DNA of 35,467 bases from an uncultured Thermotogae bacterium (lineage in GTDB: Bacteria > Bipolaricaulota > Bipolaricaulia > UBA7950 > UBA9294). Positions 27,065 through 35,416 of the stretch are shown here, piece after piece. Numbering within the stretch: position 1 is the stretch's first letter; each line of letters starts with the position of its first letter. The notes beneath the pieces were generated by a model. The model made no database searches. It saw only the letters and a program-made list of their open reading frames with translations, and was not told where the DNA came from. Both the position numbers and the translations under genes were made by a program. The stretch spans positions 1 through 35,467 of the forward strand of contig CAZZJU010000002.1 of NCBI GenBank assembly GCA_964654805.1, written 5' to 3'.

Positions 27065-29199
27065 CTCGCTATCACCAACCTACCGATAGCGGTTTGGCTT
27101 GAGCCGTCCGAAAGCATGAACAGATATAACCCAGGAGCGAGTGGTAATCCGCCTGAATCTTCTAAATTCCAGTTGTATGTCCCTTCACCCGGAGGGAGCT
27201 GAGCGGTAAACACCCTCTTCCCAACGACATTGTATATAGTTAATTCTGCTTTATCCGCGTCCTCGGGCACGGTGTAAATAAAACGGGCAAAGTCGTGCAC
27301 AGGATTCTCTGTCAGCTGGATCGATAGCTTGCTCTCACTGGTCGAAGGTGAAGGAGTTACAGCAGCAACTGCAGCATCGGCAGCTAGCTTACCCCATCCC
27401 CACATATTATTTGGTACAACACCGGTGAATTTGTCCGATTTTGCATTTTGCCGGAGTTTTTCCTTTATCTCATCGGCGGTGAGGGTGGGATCAATGGAAA
27501 GCATGAGGGCAACTGTTCCGGTTACATGAGGAGCGGCCATACTCGTCCCGAGGAGGAGGGTGTGGACCCCATCCGGACAGGTGAGATAATCAGCAGCTGG
27601 GGCGGATGACGACATTGCCGAAGCGATCCATGCTCCAGGGGCTGTAATGTCCGGTTTGATCCTGCCATCGCGTGTTGGACCCCGGCTGGAAAAGTAAGAC
27701 AGATCCCCGATAGGGTATTGCGAGGAGAAATCCTGTTCCCCAGCGCGGGATGGCCAACTGTTTTTGGTGTTAAACGCGCCTACAGTGATCAGATGTGGAG
27801 CATTGCCCGGCTCGTCGATGGTTTCTGCTGCGTCTCCGCCCAGAATCGTGCCGTTGTCGGACGTTATCCAACCGTCGAATCTCCCCCCGCCGGAGGCATC
27901 GGTCACGGTGATCTGCCAGGGCATATGCGGGGTAAGTCCAGATAAGTTCAAGATTGCTTCTTTATCCCCGTTATTTGGGTTAACTCCCCCAGAGGCGTTG
28001 TCGACGTACACATTTCCCGCGTAAGTACTCTCCGAATCGCTGGTTCCGGATGGCACGGAGAGCGAGACTCCCCCCGGGGGAACGACAGTGATTGTGAACG
28101 CTGATTCCCCGGGGTACCATAAAATAAAGTCTAACGAGCCATTGGAGGGAACGAGGGAGAAAGTGTAAGCATCACCGTGAAGGCTGCGTCCCACGTGGAT
28201 TAGCTGGTCCCCCTCATTTCCGGCAGAAACAACGATAGCTCTGCCTGATCCCTGAGCAAGCTCATCCAACCCTTGCTCGAACAGGCTTGTCCCATCATGC
28301 GGTCCGTCCTGTCCCCCGAGGCTCAGGTTGACTACAGCCGGGAGCCCAAGTTCACTTGCCTTATCAAATATGTAGCGCACTCCAGCGAGGATATCCGAAG
28401 TATAAAAAGTTGTCTTCACTGATATGATCCATGCTTGCGGTGCTACCCCAATAAATCCGGATGAAGATGCTGACCCGTCCCCAGCAGCGATTCCCATTAC
28501 ATGTGTACCATGACCATCGGTGTCCTTTTCCCGTACCTCTCCTTCTCCGGGGCCGGAACCGCTTGCCAGATCGGCTTCTATCTCCTGCCTGGTGTATGTA
28601 ACGTTGAAAAGTCCGGTTTGGTCCAGGATATAGAGAATACGGGACGATTCTTCAATTCCGTCTCCGTCTGAATCATAGCGGAAGTCCAGGTGAGAGTAGT
28701 CGAGTCCGGTATCAACTGCACCGATGATTACTCCTTTACCGGTAATCGGAGGGACTTGGGAATGGAGGATATCGGCTCCGATTGCTGGAACGCTCCGATC
28801 AAGGGTCGGTTTTGCTTTCCAGGCTGGTTCCACGTAGATAACATCAGAAGCCGCGGCCAGGGTGAGCAATCCCTCAATGGGAACGCGCATCCCAATGATT
28901 GTCCCGGTGGACACAGTAACGGGAAATCCGAGAAAACTCGTTCCGAAGAACGGATGGGAAAGCTTGACCAATACACGTATTGGTTCGTCAGTGGGAAAGG
29001 GAAACGTGATTGTAGAACCAGGTGGCAGGTTGCCGAATCCGGGAATACTTTCAGCGGTAGCATCGGTATCGCCCGCAAGGAGCAGACGCAGGTACGGAGA
29101 CAGCTTTGCTGCCATCGCGGCCGTGCTTACCCATAATAGGCCTGTACACCCAAGTACGAGTAAAAAAACGAATACCAATCGTCTACAGGTTTTCATCAT
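27061..29199 (-). CDS. Secreted subtilisin-family (S8) serine protease with a C-terminal T9SS/FlgD-Ig-type sorting-like domain
   Basis: Catalytic triad motifs in D-H-S order: GAVDTGLDY, DGHGTHVMGIAAG, GTSMAAPHVTGTVAL. Oxyanion motif VVSAGNEG. Signal peptide MMKTCRRLVFVFLLVLGCTGLLWVSTAAMA. The last ~89 aa are ..LTENPVHDFARFIYTVPEDADKAELTIYNVVGKRVFTAQLPPGEGTYNWNLEDSGGLPLAPGLYLFMLSDGSSQTAIGRLVIAR. Confidence 0.9.
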   Translation of the reverse strand: MMKTCRRLVFVFLLVLGCTGLLWVSTAAMAAKLSPYLRLLLAGDTDATAESIPGFGNLPPGSTITFPFPTDEPIRVLVKLSHPFFGTSFLGFPVTVSTGTIIGMRVPIEGLLTLAAASDVIYVEPAWKAKPTLDRSVPAIGADILHSQVPPITGKGVIIGAVDTGLDYSHLDFRYDSDGDGIEESSRILYILDQTGLFNVTYTRQEIEADLASGSGPGEGEVREKDTDGHGTHVMGIAAGDGSASSSGFIGVAPQAWIISVKTTFYTSDILAGVRYIFDKASELGLPAVVNLSLGGQDGPHDGTSLFEQGLDELAQGSGRAIVVSAGNEGDQLIHVGRSLHGDAYTFSLVPSNGSLDFILWYPGESAFTITVVPPGGVSLSVPSGTSDSESTYAGNVYVDNASGGVNPNNGDKEAILNLSGLTPHMPWQITVTDASGGGRFDGWITSDNGTILGGDAAETIDEPGNAPHLITVGAFNTKNSWPSRAGEQDFSSQYPIGDLSYFSSRGPTRDGRIKPDITAPGAWIASAMSSSAPAADYLTCPDGVHTLLLGTSMAAPHVTGTVALMLSIDPTLTADEIKEKLRQNAKSDKFTGVVPNNMWGWGKLAADAAVAAVTPSPSTSESKLSIQLTENPVHDFARFIYTVPEDADKAELTIYNVVGKRVFTAQLPPGEGTYNWNLEDSGGLPLAPGLYLFMLSDGSSQTAIGRLVIAR

Positions 29200-29468
29200 T
29201 CACGAAGTTTACTATACAGGGTCAGCGCAGACAAAGCAGCGTCAAGTGCCCCATTAAAGACGAGTTATTCTTCACCAAGCAATAGACACTGACTTACCTG
29301 CATTCTTATTGACTGATTGTGTAATTTTCAACACATTAGTTGCCGGGAGTGAGCCCTGTAGCGTTGTTTGGATAACATGTAGATCTGCACGCAGCGATTG
29401 ATCACCGAGAGTAGTTGTTGGTAATTGAAGGTTGGTCTTGATAGATTACTTCCGGACAGTTTTCTTTC

Positions 29469-29498
29469 TTTACAACCTGCAGTAGCCTGTGGTATCAT
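29469..29498 (+). promoter_or_regulatory. Candidate sigma70-type promoter for the DUF4139-like gene and downstream + strand genes
   Basis: -35 TTTACA (29469-29474), 18-nt spacer, extended -10 TGgTATCAT (29490-29498). The predicted start near 29505 leaves a short leader carrying SD AAGGAGGGGG before ATG 29518. Motif match only. Confidence 0.45.
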
Positions 29499-29517
29499 CG
29501 ATCAAAGGAGGGGGACC

Positions 29518-30801
29518 ATGTTGGGGAAAATAGCGCCGATCATCGTTTTGATGGTACTAGCGCTGGGGGTAACAACCAGTGCTGCAGGAACAGTTACGTT
29601 ATACTCCCAAGGGATCGCGTGCATCGATGAAACGCAGACCATTACGCTGAATAAAGGGACTAATACCGTGCGGATCTCGGTCCCGTCTGGGTTCGTCCCT
29701 GATTCACTTACGATCGAGTTCAACGGGGAGGTAATCTCTCAGTCGTTCCATGCCGGTACGGCGGATTCGGTGCTTGCAGCCGCGATTGGCAAAAAGATAG
29801 AAGTGGTAGGTAAAGACGGTACGGTCTATCGCGGCATCCTCATTTCGACGGCCGGAGAGATTGTTCTACGGGAAGAAAATGGAACGATCGACCTGATCTC
29901 AAATCCGTCTCGGATCAGCATTTCTGGTAAAGATATTGAGCTTTCTCCTTACCTCGAACTTGTTCTATCCGCCGCTGCATCGGGAAAGGAACCTCTGCGG
30001 CTTACTTACCTCTCGACCGGCTTCAATTGGGCAATGAGCTATGTGGGAACCTTATCCGCGGATGGAAAAGCGCTGAGCCTCACCGGCTGGGCCCGGTTGG
30101 AAAACAACACTGATTATTCACTTTCTGGGATGAGCGTCCAACTTGTGGCGGGACAGGTTAACCAAGTGGAAAAAAGTTACTCGGGAATGCGGGTTGCGGC
30201 GATGGCTGCTCCGCCGCTTCCAGAAGAAAACGCGTTCGAATATCATCTTTATACTCTTCCTGTTCCGATCGATCTCCCGGCCGGTAAAACTGTGCTGATC
30301 CCCTACGGCACGTATTCCGGAATCCCGGTGAAGAAGATTTACACTTTCAAAGGATCCGGAGTTGAAGTCTCCTTGCAATTCAGGAACGACACGGATAATG
30401 GCCTGGGAGTTCCTCTTCCTGCTGGAGACGTTCGCTTGTTCCAGGCGCGATCTGATGGAACGATTTTTATCGGAGCCGACTCAATTGGACATACCCCGAT
30501 AGGAACAGAGGTTTCCCTTGCAGCGGGGAGTGCATTCGATCTCACGGGCAAGAGGACCGAACTCTCGAACGTGAAGCTCTCCGGCTCGACCTACCGCGCT
30601 AGTTACCGAATCGAATTGCGCAATCATAAAGACGAAGCGGTTACGGTAAACGTGCTTGAGCGTCCAGCAGGGAAGTCATGGAAAGTTATTACCTCATCAC
30701 AGTCGTACACCCGAGTGGATTCTGGGACGATAAAATTCGTCGTTAATGTTCCGGCAAACGGGGAAAGCGAGGTCACTTATACCGTTGAATACAGTTACTG
30801 A
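29518..30801 (+). CDS. Secreted DUF4140/DUF4139-like protein (MuiA-like family), function unknown
   Basis: ATG 29518 follows SD AAAGGAGGGGG. Signal peptide MLGKIAPIIVLMVLALGVTTSAAG. N-terminal VTLYSQGIACIDETQTITLNKGTNTVRISVPSGFVPDSLTIE fits the DUF4140 pattern. LRLTYLSTGFNWAMSYVGTLSADGKALSLTGWARLENNTDYSLSGMSVQLVAGQVNQV fits the DUF4139 pattern. Both patterns are recalled from memory. The ORF-track start 29425 is rejected because it lies upstream of the promoter and SD. Confidence 0.75.
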   Translation: MLGKIAPIIVLMVLALGVTTSAAGTVTLYSQGIACIDETQTITLNKGTNTVRISVPSGFVPDSLTIEFNGEVISQSFHAGTADSVLAAAIGKKIEVVGKDGTVYRGILISTAGEIVLREENGTIDLISNPSRISISGKDIELSPYLELVLSAAASGKEPLRLTYLSTGFNWAMSYVGTLSADGKALSLTGWARLENNTDYSLSGMSVQLVAGQVNQVEKSYSGMRVAAMAAPPLPEENAFEYHLYTLPVPIDLPAGKTVLIPYGTYSGIPVKKIYTFKGSGVEVSLQFRNDTDNGLGVPLPAGDVRLFQARSDGTIFIGADSIGHTPIGTEVSLAAGSAFDLTGKRTELSNVKLSGSTYRASYRIELRNHKDEAVTVNVLERPAGKSWKVITSSQSYTRVDSGTIKFVVNVPANGESEVTYTVEYSY

Positions 30802-30814
30802 TCCGCCTGAAGAC

Positions 30815-31069
30815 ATGTTCCTCCGCTACAAGCGGGCGGTGGAGGAAGCAATCTCCCGACTGCCGGTGAAAAACGGGGTCGTGGATATCGATTCAATTTG
30901 GGTTGAGACGTCGCTTCCTTACGACCTCATTCAAGAAATCCTCTCCCGTGACGACCTCGTCCTTCCCGAGAACGTGGAGCGGATTAACACAAAGTCGCTG
31001 ATACAAACGGGGGGCAGGAGTGGGAAGAAAGGGAAGAAGCGAAGACATAACAATAAAGTTCGGCACTGA
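30815..31069 (+). CDS. Hypothetical 84-aa protein with a basic C-terminal tail
   Basis: ATG 30815 lies 13 nt after the upstream stop. Third codon positions are strongly G/C-biased in this frame, as in neighbouring real genes. I recognise no family. The 3' 50 nt overlap the phosphohexomutase start. Confidence 0.45.
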   Translation: MFLRYKRAVEEAISRLPVKNGVVDIDSIWVETSLPYDLIQEILSRDDLVLPENVERINTKSLIQTGGRSGKKGKKRRHNNKVRH

Positions 31070-32504
31070 CGGCTGGCGTGGGGTAATCGCGCGTGATTTC
31101 ACGTTCGGGAACGTCGGCCGCGTCGCTGCCGCGACCGGTAAGTTCCTCGCCTCACCCGAGCGGAAGACACTCGCGATCTACACCGACTGGGGAGCGGAGT
31201 ACCGGCCGGCGGTAGACGGGGTAGTGATCGGCTACGATATGCGGTTCCTGTCCCGCGAATTTGCGCACCACTTCGCGCGTGTCCTCCACGACACCGGGAT
31301 CCCGGTTGTAGTTGCGAACGCGCCGGTGACCACTCCGGCAGTCTCCTACGCTGTTGTCGATCGCCACGCCGCGGCTGGGATCATGATCACCGCTAGTCAC
31401 AATCCGCCGATCTACAACGGAATAAAGTACAAGGCCGAATACGGCGGCTCCGCACCGGGAGAGGTAACCGACGGGGTGGTGGCATACCTGCAGGAGCAGG
31501 TCCCGATCCCCCGCACTCCGGAGGGAGCTGTCCCCGAGGTTGATCTACGCACGCCTTTTCTCGATAAAGTCCGCACCCTGATCGATCCCGCCCGGCTAAA
31601 GGCATCCCCTGTACATGTGGTGATCGACTCGATGTACGGCTCGGCCCAGGGGTACGTAGCTGAGATCCTGCACGAGAACTATGTTCCTTACACGCAAATC
31701 CGCGCCCGACGCGATCCCCTGTTTGGGGGGAAGAAGCCGGAACCGCTCGAGGAGAACCTGGTTCCGCTGCGCGCGGTGATCGCCTCGCTGCGCCCGAAGA
31801 AAAAGCACCTCATTGGGGTGGTGACCGACGGGGACGGCGACCGCGTCTCGGCGATGGACGAACAGGGTGGGTTCATCGACGCCCACCGCACGTTTGCCCT
31901 TATCCTCCGTTACCTGGTGGAGGAGCGTGGGATGCGCGGCGCGGTCGTAACCTCGTTCAACCTGACCGACATGGCGCGTGACATGTGCGAGGACTACGGC
32001 CTCACCCAGATCGTCGTTCCCATCGGGTTCAAGCATCACTGCGAGCAGATCCTGACACGAGGCGATGTATTGGTCGCCGCCGAAGAGAGTGGGAGCATCG
32101 CGATCCGCGGGCACATTCCCGAACGGGACGGGGTCCTGTGTTCGCTCCTTCTCACCGAGATCGCGGCGAGCGCGGGCAAGCCGATGAGCGAGCTCGTCCA
32201 ATCCCTGTTTGATAAGTACGGACCGCGGTTCTACCACCGCCGTGACATCCACGTCCCCCACCGCCTGGAGGTGGTGGAGAAACTCCGGCATAATCCGCCG
32301 GAGCGGTTTGCCGGAAGGACGGTGCGGTCTGTAGAGACTCTCGACGGGGTGAAGCTCCGGTTCGACGATGGCTGGCTCCTGTTCCGCGCGTCCGGTACCG
32401 AGCCGATCCTGCGGCTTTACTGCGAGATGAGAGAGAAAAGGCAAGTGTACGAGCTTCTGGAGGAAGCGGAGAGGTTGGCGAGAGGAGATCTCACACTATG
32501 GTAG
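31020..32504 (+). CDS. Phosphoglucomutase/phosphomannomutase-family (alpha-D-phosphohexomutase) enzyme
   Basis: FGTDGWRG. Active-site Ser loop [14 protein letters not shown]. Mg loop VTDGDGDRV. Sugar loop AAEESGSI. Phosphate loop [16 protein letters not shown] 31020 is the only plausible start upstream of FGTDGWRG. Confidence 0.9.
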   Translation: MGRKGRSEDITIKFGTDGWRGVIARDFTFGNVGRVAAATGKFLASPERKTLAIYTDWGAEYRPAVDGVVIGYDMRFLSREFAHHFARVLHDTGIPVVVANAPVTTPAVSYAVVDRHAAAGIMITASHNPPIYNGIKYKAEYGGSAPGEVTDGVVAYLQEQVPIPRTPEGAVPEVDLRTPFLDKVRTLIDPARLKASPVHVVIDSMYGSAQGYVAEILHENYVPYTQIRARRDPLFGGKKPEPLEENLVPLRAVIASLRPKKKHLIGVVTDGDGDRVSAMDEQGGFIDAHRTFALILRYLVEERGMRGAVVTSFNLTDMARDMCEDYGLTQIVVPIGFKHHCEQILTRGDVLVAAEESGSIAIRGHIPERDGVLCSLLLTEIAASAGKPMSELVQSLFDKYGPRFYHRRDIHVPHRLEVVEKLRHNPPERFAGRTVRSVETLDGVKLRFDDGWLLFRASGTEPILRLYCEMREKRQVYELLEEAERLARGDLTLW

Positions 32505-35380
32505 AAGAATACGATTTCAAGAAGATCGAGGAACGGTGGCGTGACTTCTGGCGGGAGAGAAAGTTCTTCCACGCCGACATCAAAGACACGAAGAAGAAGT
32601 TCTACTATCTCAACATGTTCCCCTATCCGTCCGGGTATCTCCACGTCGGGCACGGGCGGAATTACATCATCGGCGATGTCGTCACCCGGTTCTATCTCAT
32701 GCGCGGATACAACATCCTGAACCCAATGGGCTGGGACGCGTTCGGCCTGCCGGCGGAGAACGCGGCGATCGATCACGGGATCCATCCCCGCGATTGGACG
32801 CTCAATAACATCGCCCACGCCAAGGAACAGTTCCGCGCCTGGGGGATCGAGTACGATTGGGATCGTGAGATAACAACCTGCCTTCCCGACTACTACAAGT
32901 GGACCCAGTGGCTGTTCCTGCAGCTGTACAAACACGGGCTCGCGTACAAGAAGCGGGCAACGGTGAACTACTGCCCGACCTGCGACACGGTCCTTGCCAA
33001 TGAGCAGGTGGTCGGCGGGGTGTGCGAGCGCTGCGGGACCCCACCGGCGCAGAGAACGCTGGAGCAGTGGTTCTTCAAGATCACTGACTACGCCGATGCC
33101 CTTCTCGATGACCTGAAGAAGCTCGACGGCTGGCCGGAGAACGTAAAAAAGATGCAGGAGAACTGGATCGGCCGCAGCTTCGGGGCGGAGGTCGTCTTTC
33201 ACACCGAGAAGGGGGAGGAGATCGTGGTGTTCACCACCCGGCCGGATACCCTGTGGGGGGCGACGTTCATGGTCCTCGCTCCGGAGCATCCGCTTGTCGA
33301 CTCACTCACCACCGCTACCCAGCGCGCCGCGGTCGATGCCTACCGGAAGGAGACGGCCCGTCGCACCGAGATCGAACGTACCTCGACCGAGCGGGAGAAG
33401 ACCGGCGTGTTCACCGGTGGATACGCGATCAACCCGGTGAACGGGGAGAAGATCCCGGTCTGGATCGCAGATTACGTCCTTATGACCTACGGGACCGGGG
33501 CGATCATGGCCGTTCCAGCGCACGACGAGCGCGACTTCGCGTTCGCGCTCAAATTCGGTCTGCCGATCATCCCGGTGATCGAGCGGAGCGACGGGGTGGT
33601 GCGCTCCTACGTGCGGAGCTCCGCGGTCGATCCCGAGTTCGCCGCTGCGCTCGCCGCGGGCGGGTTCGCATACAAGACGACTGAGGATGGATTCACGGTA
33701 GAACTGACCGTCCCCGACCTCGACGGTTACCTTGCGCTCCTCCGCGAGCACCTCAAGCCCGATTGCTGGGCGAGCGTTGCCGGGGCCAGGTTCGCGTTTG
33801 TGTTCAAGGATGGCGTGCGCGAGCTCGACTCCGCCGCAGCGGATCGGGAGATCCTCTCCCGGCTGCAGGCCATAGATCCAAGCCTTTCCGGAAAGCGCAC
33901 GACGATGGAGGTTCTCGCCGCAATCCCGGCCTACGCGGACGTCCTGTTCCACGCCGATCACGGGACGATGCTCCACTCCGGCGAGTTCACCGGCACCCCG
34001 GGGGAGGAGGCGGTCGATAAAGTGATCGCCTGGCTCGAGGAGACAGGGAAGGGGAAGCGAGCGGTCAATTATCGCTTGCACGACTGGCTCATCTCCCGCC
34101 AGCGCTACTGGGGGGCGCCGATCCCGATCGTCTACTGTGAGAAGTGCGGGATCGTACCCGTGCCGGAGGAGGATCTTCCCGTCCTCCTTCCTGATGTCGA
34201 ATTCATCGGCAAGAAGGGACTCGCCGACATCCCGGGCTACGCCGAGACAACATGCCCGATCTGTGGCGGGCCAGCGAAGCGCGACACCGATACGATGGAC
34301 ACATTCGTCGATTCATCCTGGTATTATCTGCGCTACATCTCGCCCGACCGCGACGACGTCCCGTTCGTGAAGGAGGACGTCGACAACTGGCTCCCGGTCG
34401 ACCAGTACGTCGGCGGAGTGGAACACGCCATTCTCCACCTCCTCTATTCGCGGTTCATCACCAAGGCGCTCCACGACATGGGATACGTCTCGTTCGACGA
34501 GCCGTTCAAGCGCCTGTTCACCCAGGGGATGATCTGCCACACCGCCTACCGCTGTCCGGAGCACGGCTGGCTCTACCCGCACGAGGTGAAGGACGGGCGC
34601 TGTCCCCATTGCGGGCGGGAGCTGGAAACCTACAACTTCTCGATGTCGAAATCGAAGAAGAACGTCGTCTCCCCGGAGGAGATCATCGAGCGTTACGGTG
34701 CGGACACCGAGCGGCTGTACACGCTGTTCATGGGACCTCCCGATCGCGACATCGAGTGGACTGAGGAAGGAGTGCGGGGGGCGTTCCGGTTCCTCAATCG
34801 ATTCTGGACGTTGGTCCTGTCGCAGACGGAGCGGGTGAAAGCGGCCCCGAAGGCGGTGAATCCATCCACGCTCGACGCCGCGGGCAGAGCGCTGTGGCGG
34901 CGGTACAACCGGACGGTGAAGAAGGTGACCGAGGACATCGAGGGACGGTTTAACTTCAACACCGCGGTCGCTGCGGTGATGGAGCTCGTGAACGAGCTAA
35001 CCCGCTACGTCGAGGGGGAAAGCGACGACGCGCTCGTGCGCGCAGTGATCGAGGGGCTGGTTCTGATACTCTCGCCGTTCACCCCGTTTGTATGCGAAGA
35101 GCTGTGGCGGCGGATCGGGCACGACGACGCGATTCTCGAACAGCCGTGGCCGGAGTACGCTGCCGACGCGCTTGAGGAGGAAGTCCTCGAGGTCCCGGTG
35201 CAAATCAACGGGAAGGTGCGGGCGCGGGTACAGGTCCCGGCCGCGGTGGGGAACGACCCCGAGGCGCTGAAACAGGCAGCGCTCGCCGATCCCGCTGTTC
35301 AGAAGCGGCTCGACGGGAAGGATCTCGTCAAGGTGATCGCCATCCCGGGGAAGATGGTGAGCATCGTACTTCGAGGTTGA
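32498..35380 (+). CDS. leuS: Leucine--tRNA ligase
   Basis: Class I HIGH motif [16 protein letters not shown] variant [11 protein letters not shown]1 editing-domain motifs [20 protein letters not shown] and [13 protein letters not shown]. Cys clusters CPTC..CERC and C..CPHC. 960 aa. ATG overlaps the phosphohexomutase stop by 7 nt. Confidence 0.96.
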   Translation: MVEEYDFKKIEERWRDFWRERKFFHADIKDTKKKFYYLNMFPYPSGYLHVGHGRNYIIGDVVTRFYLMRGYNILNPMGWDAFGLPAENAAIDHGIHPRDWTLNNIAHAKEQFRAWGIEYDWDREITTCLPDYYKWTQWLFLQLYKHGLAYKKRATVNYCPTCDTVLANEQVVGGVCERCGTPPAQRTLEQWFFKITDYADALLDDLKKLDGWPENVKKMQENWIGRSFGAEVVFHTEKGEEIVVFTTRPDTLWGATFMVLAPEHPLVDSLTTATQRAAVDAYRKETARRTEIERTSTEREKTGVFTGGYAINPVNGEKIPVWIADYVLMTYGTGAIMAVPAHDERDFAFALKFGLPIIPVIERSDGVVRSYVRSSAVDPEFAAALAAGGFAYKTTEDGFTVELTVPDLDGYLALLREHLKPDCWASVAGARFAFVFKDGVRELDSAAADREILSRLQAIDPSLSGKRTTMEVLAAIPAYADVLFHADHGTMLHSGEFTGTPGEEAVDKVIAWLEETGKGKRAVNYRLHDWLISRQRYWGAPIPIVYCEKCGIVPVPEEDLPVLLPDVEFIGKKGLADIPGYAETTCPICGGPAKRDTDTMDTFVDSSWYYLRYISPDRDDVPFVKEDVDNWLPVDQYVGGVEHAILHLLYSRFITKALHDMGYVSFDEPFKRLFTQGMICHTAYRCPEHGWLYPHEVKDGRCPHCGRELETYNFSMSKSKKNVVSPEEIIERYGADTERLYTLFMGPPDRDIEWTEEGVRGAFRFLNRFWTLVLSQTERVKAAPKAVNPSTLDAAGRALWRRYNRTVKKVTEDIEGRFNFNTAVAAVMELVNELTRYVEGESDDALVRAVIEGLVLILSPFTPFVCEELWRRIGHDDAILEQPWPEYAADALEEEVLEVPVQINGKVRARVQVPAAVGNDPEALKQAALADPAVQKRLDGKDLVKVIAIPGKMVSIVLRG

Positions 35381-35416
35381 AACGGACTTAAAAATCGGGT
35401 AAAAACCGAATATATC

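Noticed and set aside
27061-29199. Lipoprotein (lipobox) interpretation of the protease N-terminus (..LLVLGC..)
   Set aside because: Leu at -2 is atypical for a lipobox. The hydrophobic core continues past the Cys to an A-M-A signal-peptidase-I-type site (..STAAMA|AKL). A standard secretory signal is more likely, but this remains unresolved without a predictor.
29211-29245. TTGACG (29245-29240) plus TATAGT (29216-29211) as a - strand sigma70 promoter for the protease operon
   Set aside because: The hexamers are individually good but separated by 23 nt, outside the functional 16-19-nt range. I keep only the TATAGT box as a speculative element.
29425-29517. N-terminal 31-codon extension of the DUF4139-like ORF (ORF-track start at 29425)
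   Set aside because: The extension would begin upstream of the candidate promoter (29469-29498). It has no SD and delays the signal peptide. ATG 29518 has a strong SD and is followed immediately by a classic signal peptide.
31596-34081. Three long - strand ORFs (282, 290 and 259 aa) and several + strand alternate-frame ORFs inside pgm and leuS
   Set aside because: The very high third-position G/C of pgm/leuS removes stop codons from other frames. The translations are Arg/Pro/Gly/Asp-rich nonsense. The sense-frame proteins carry complete catalytic motif sets.
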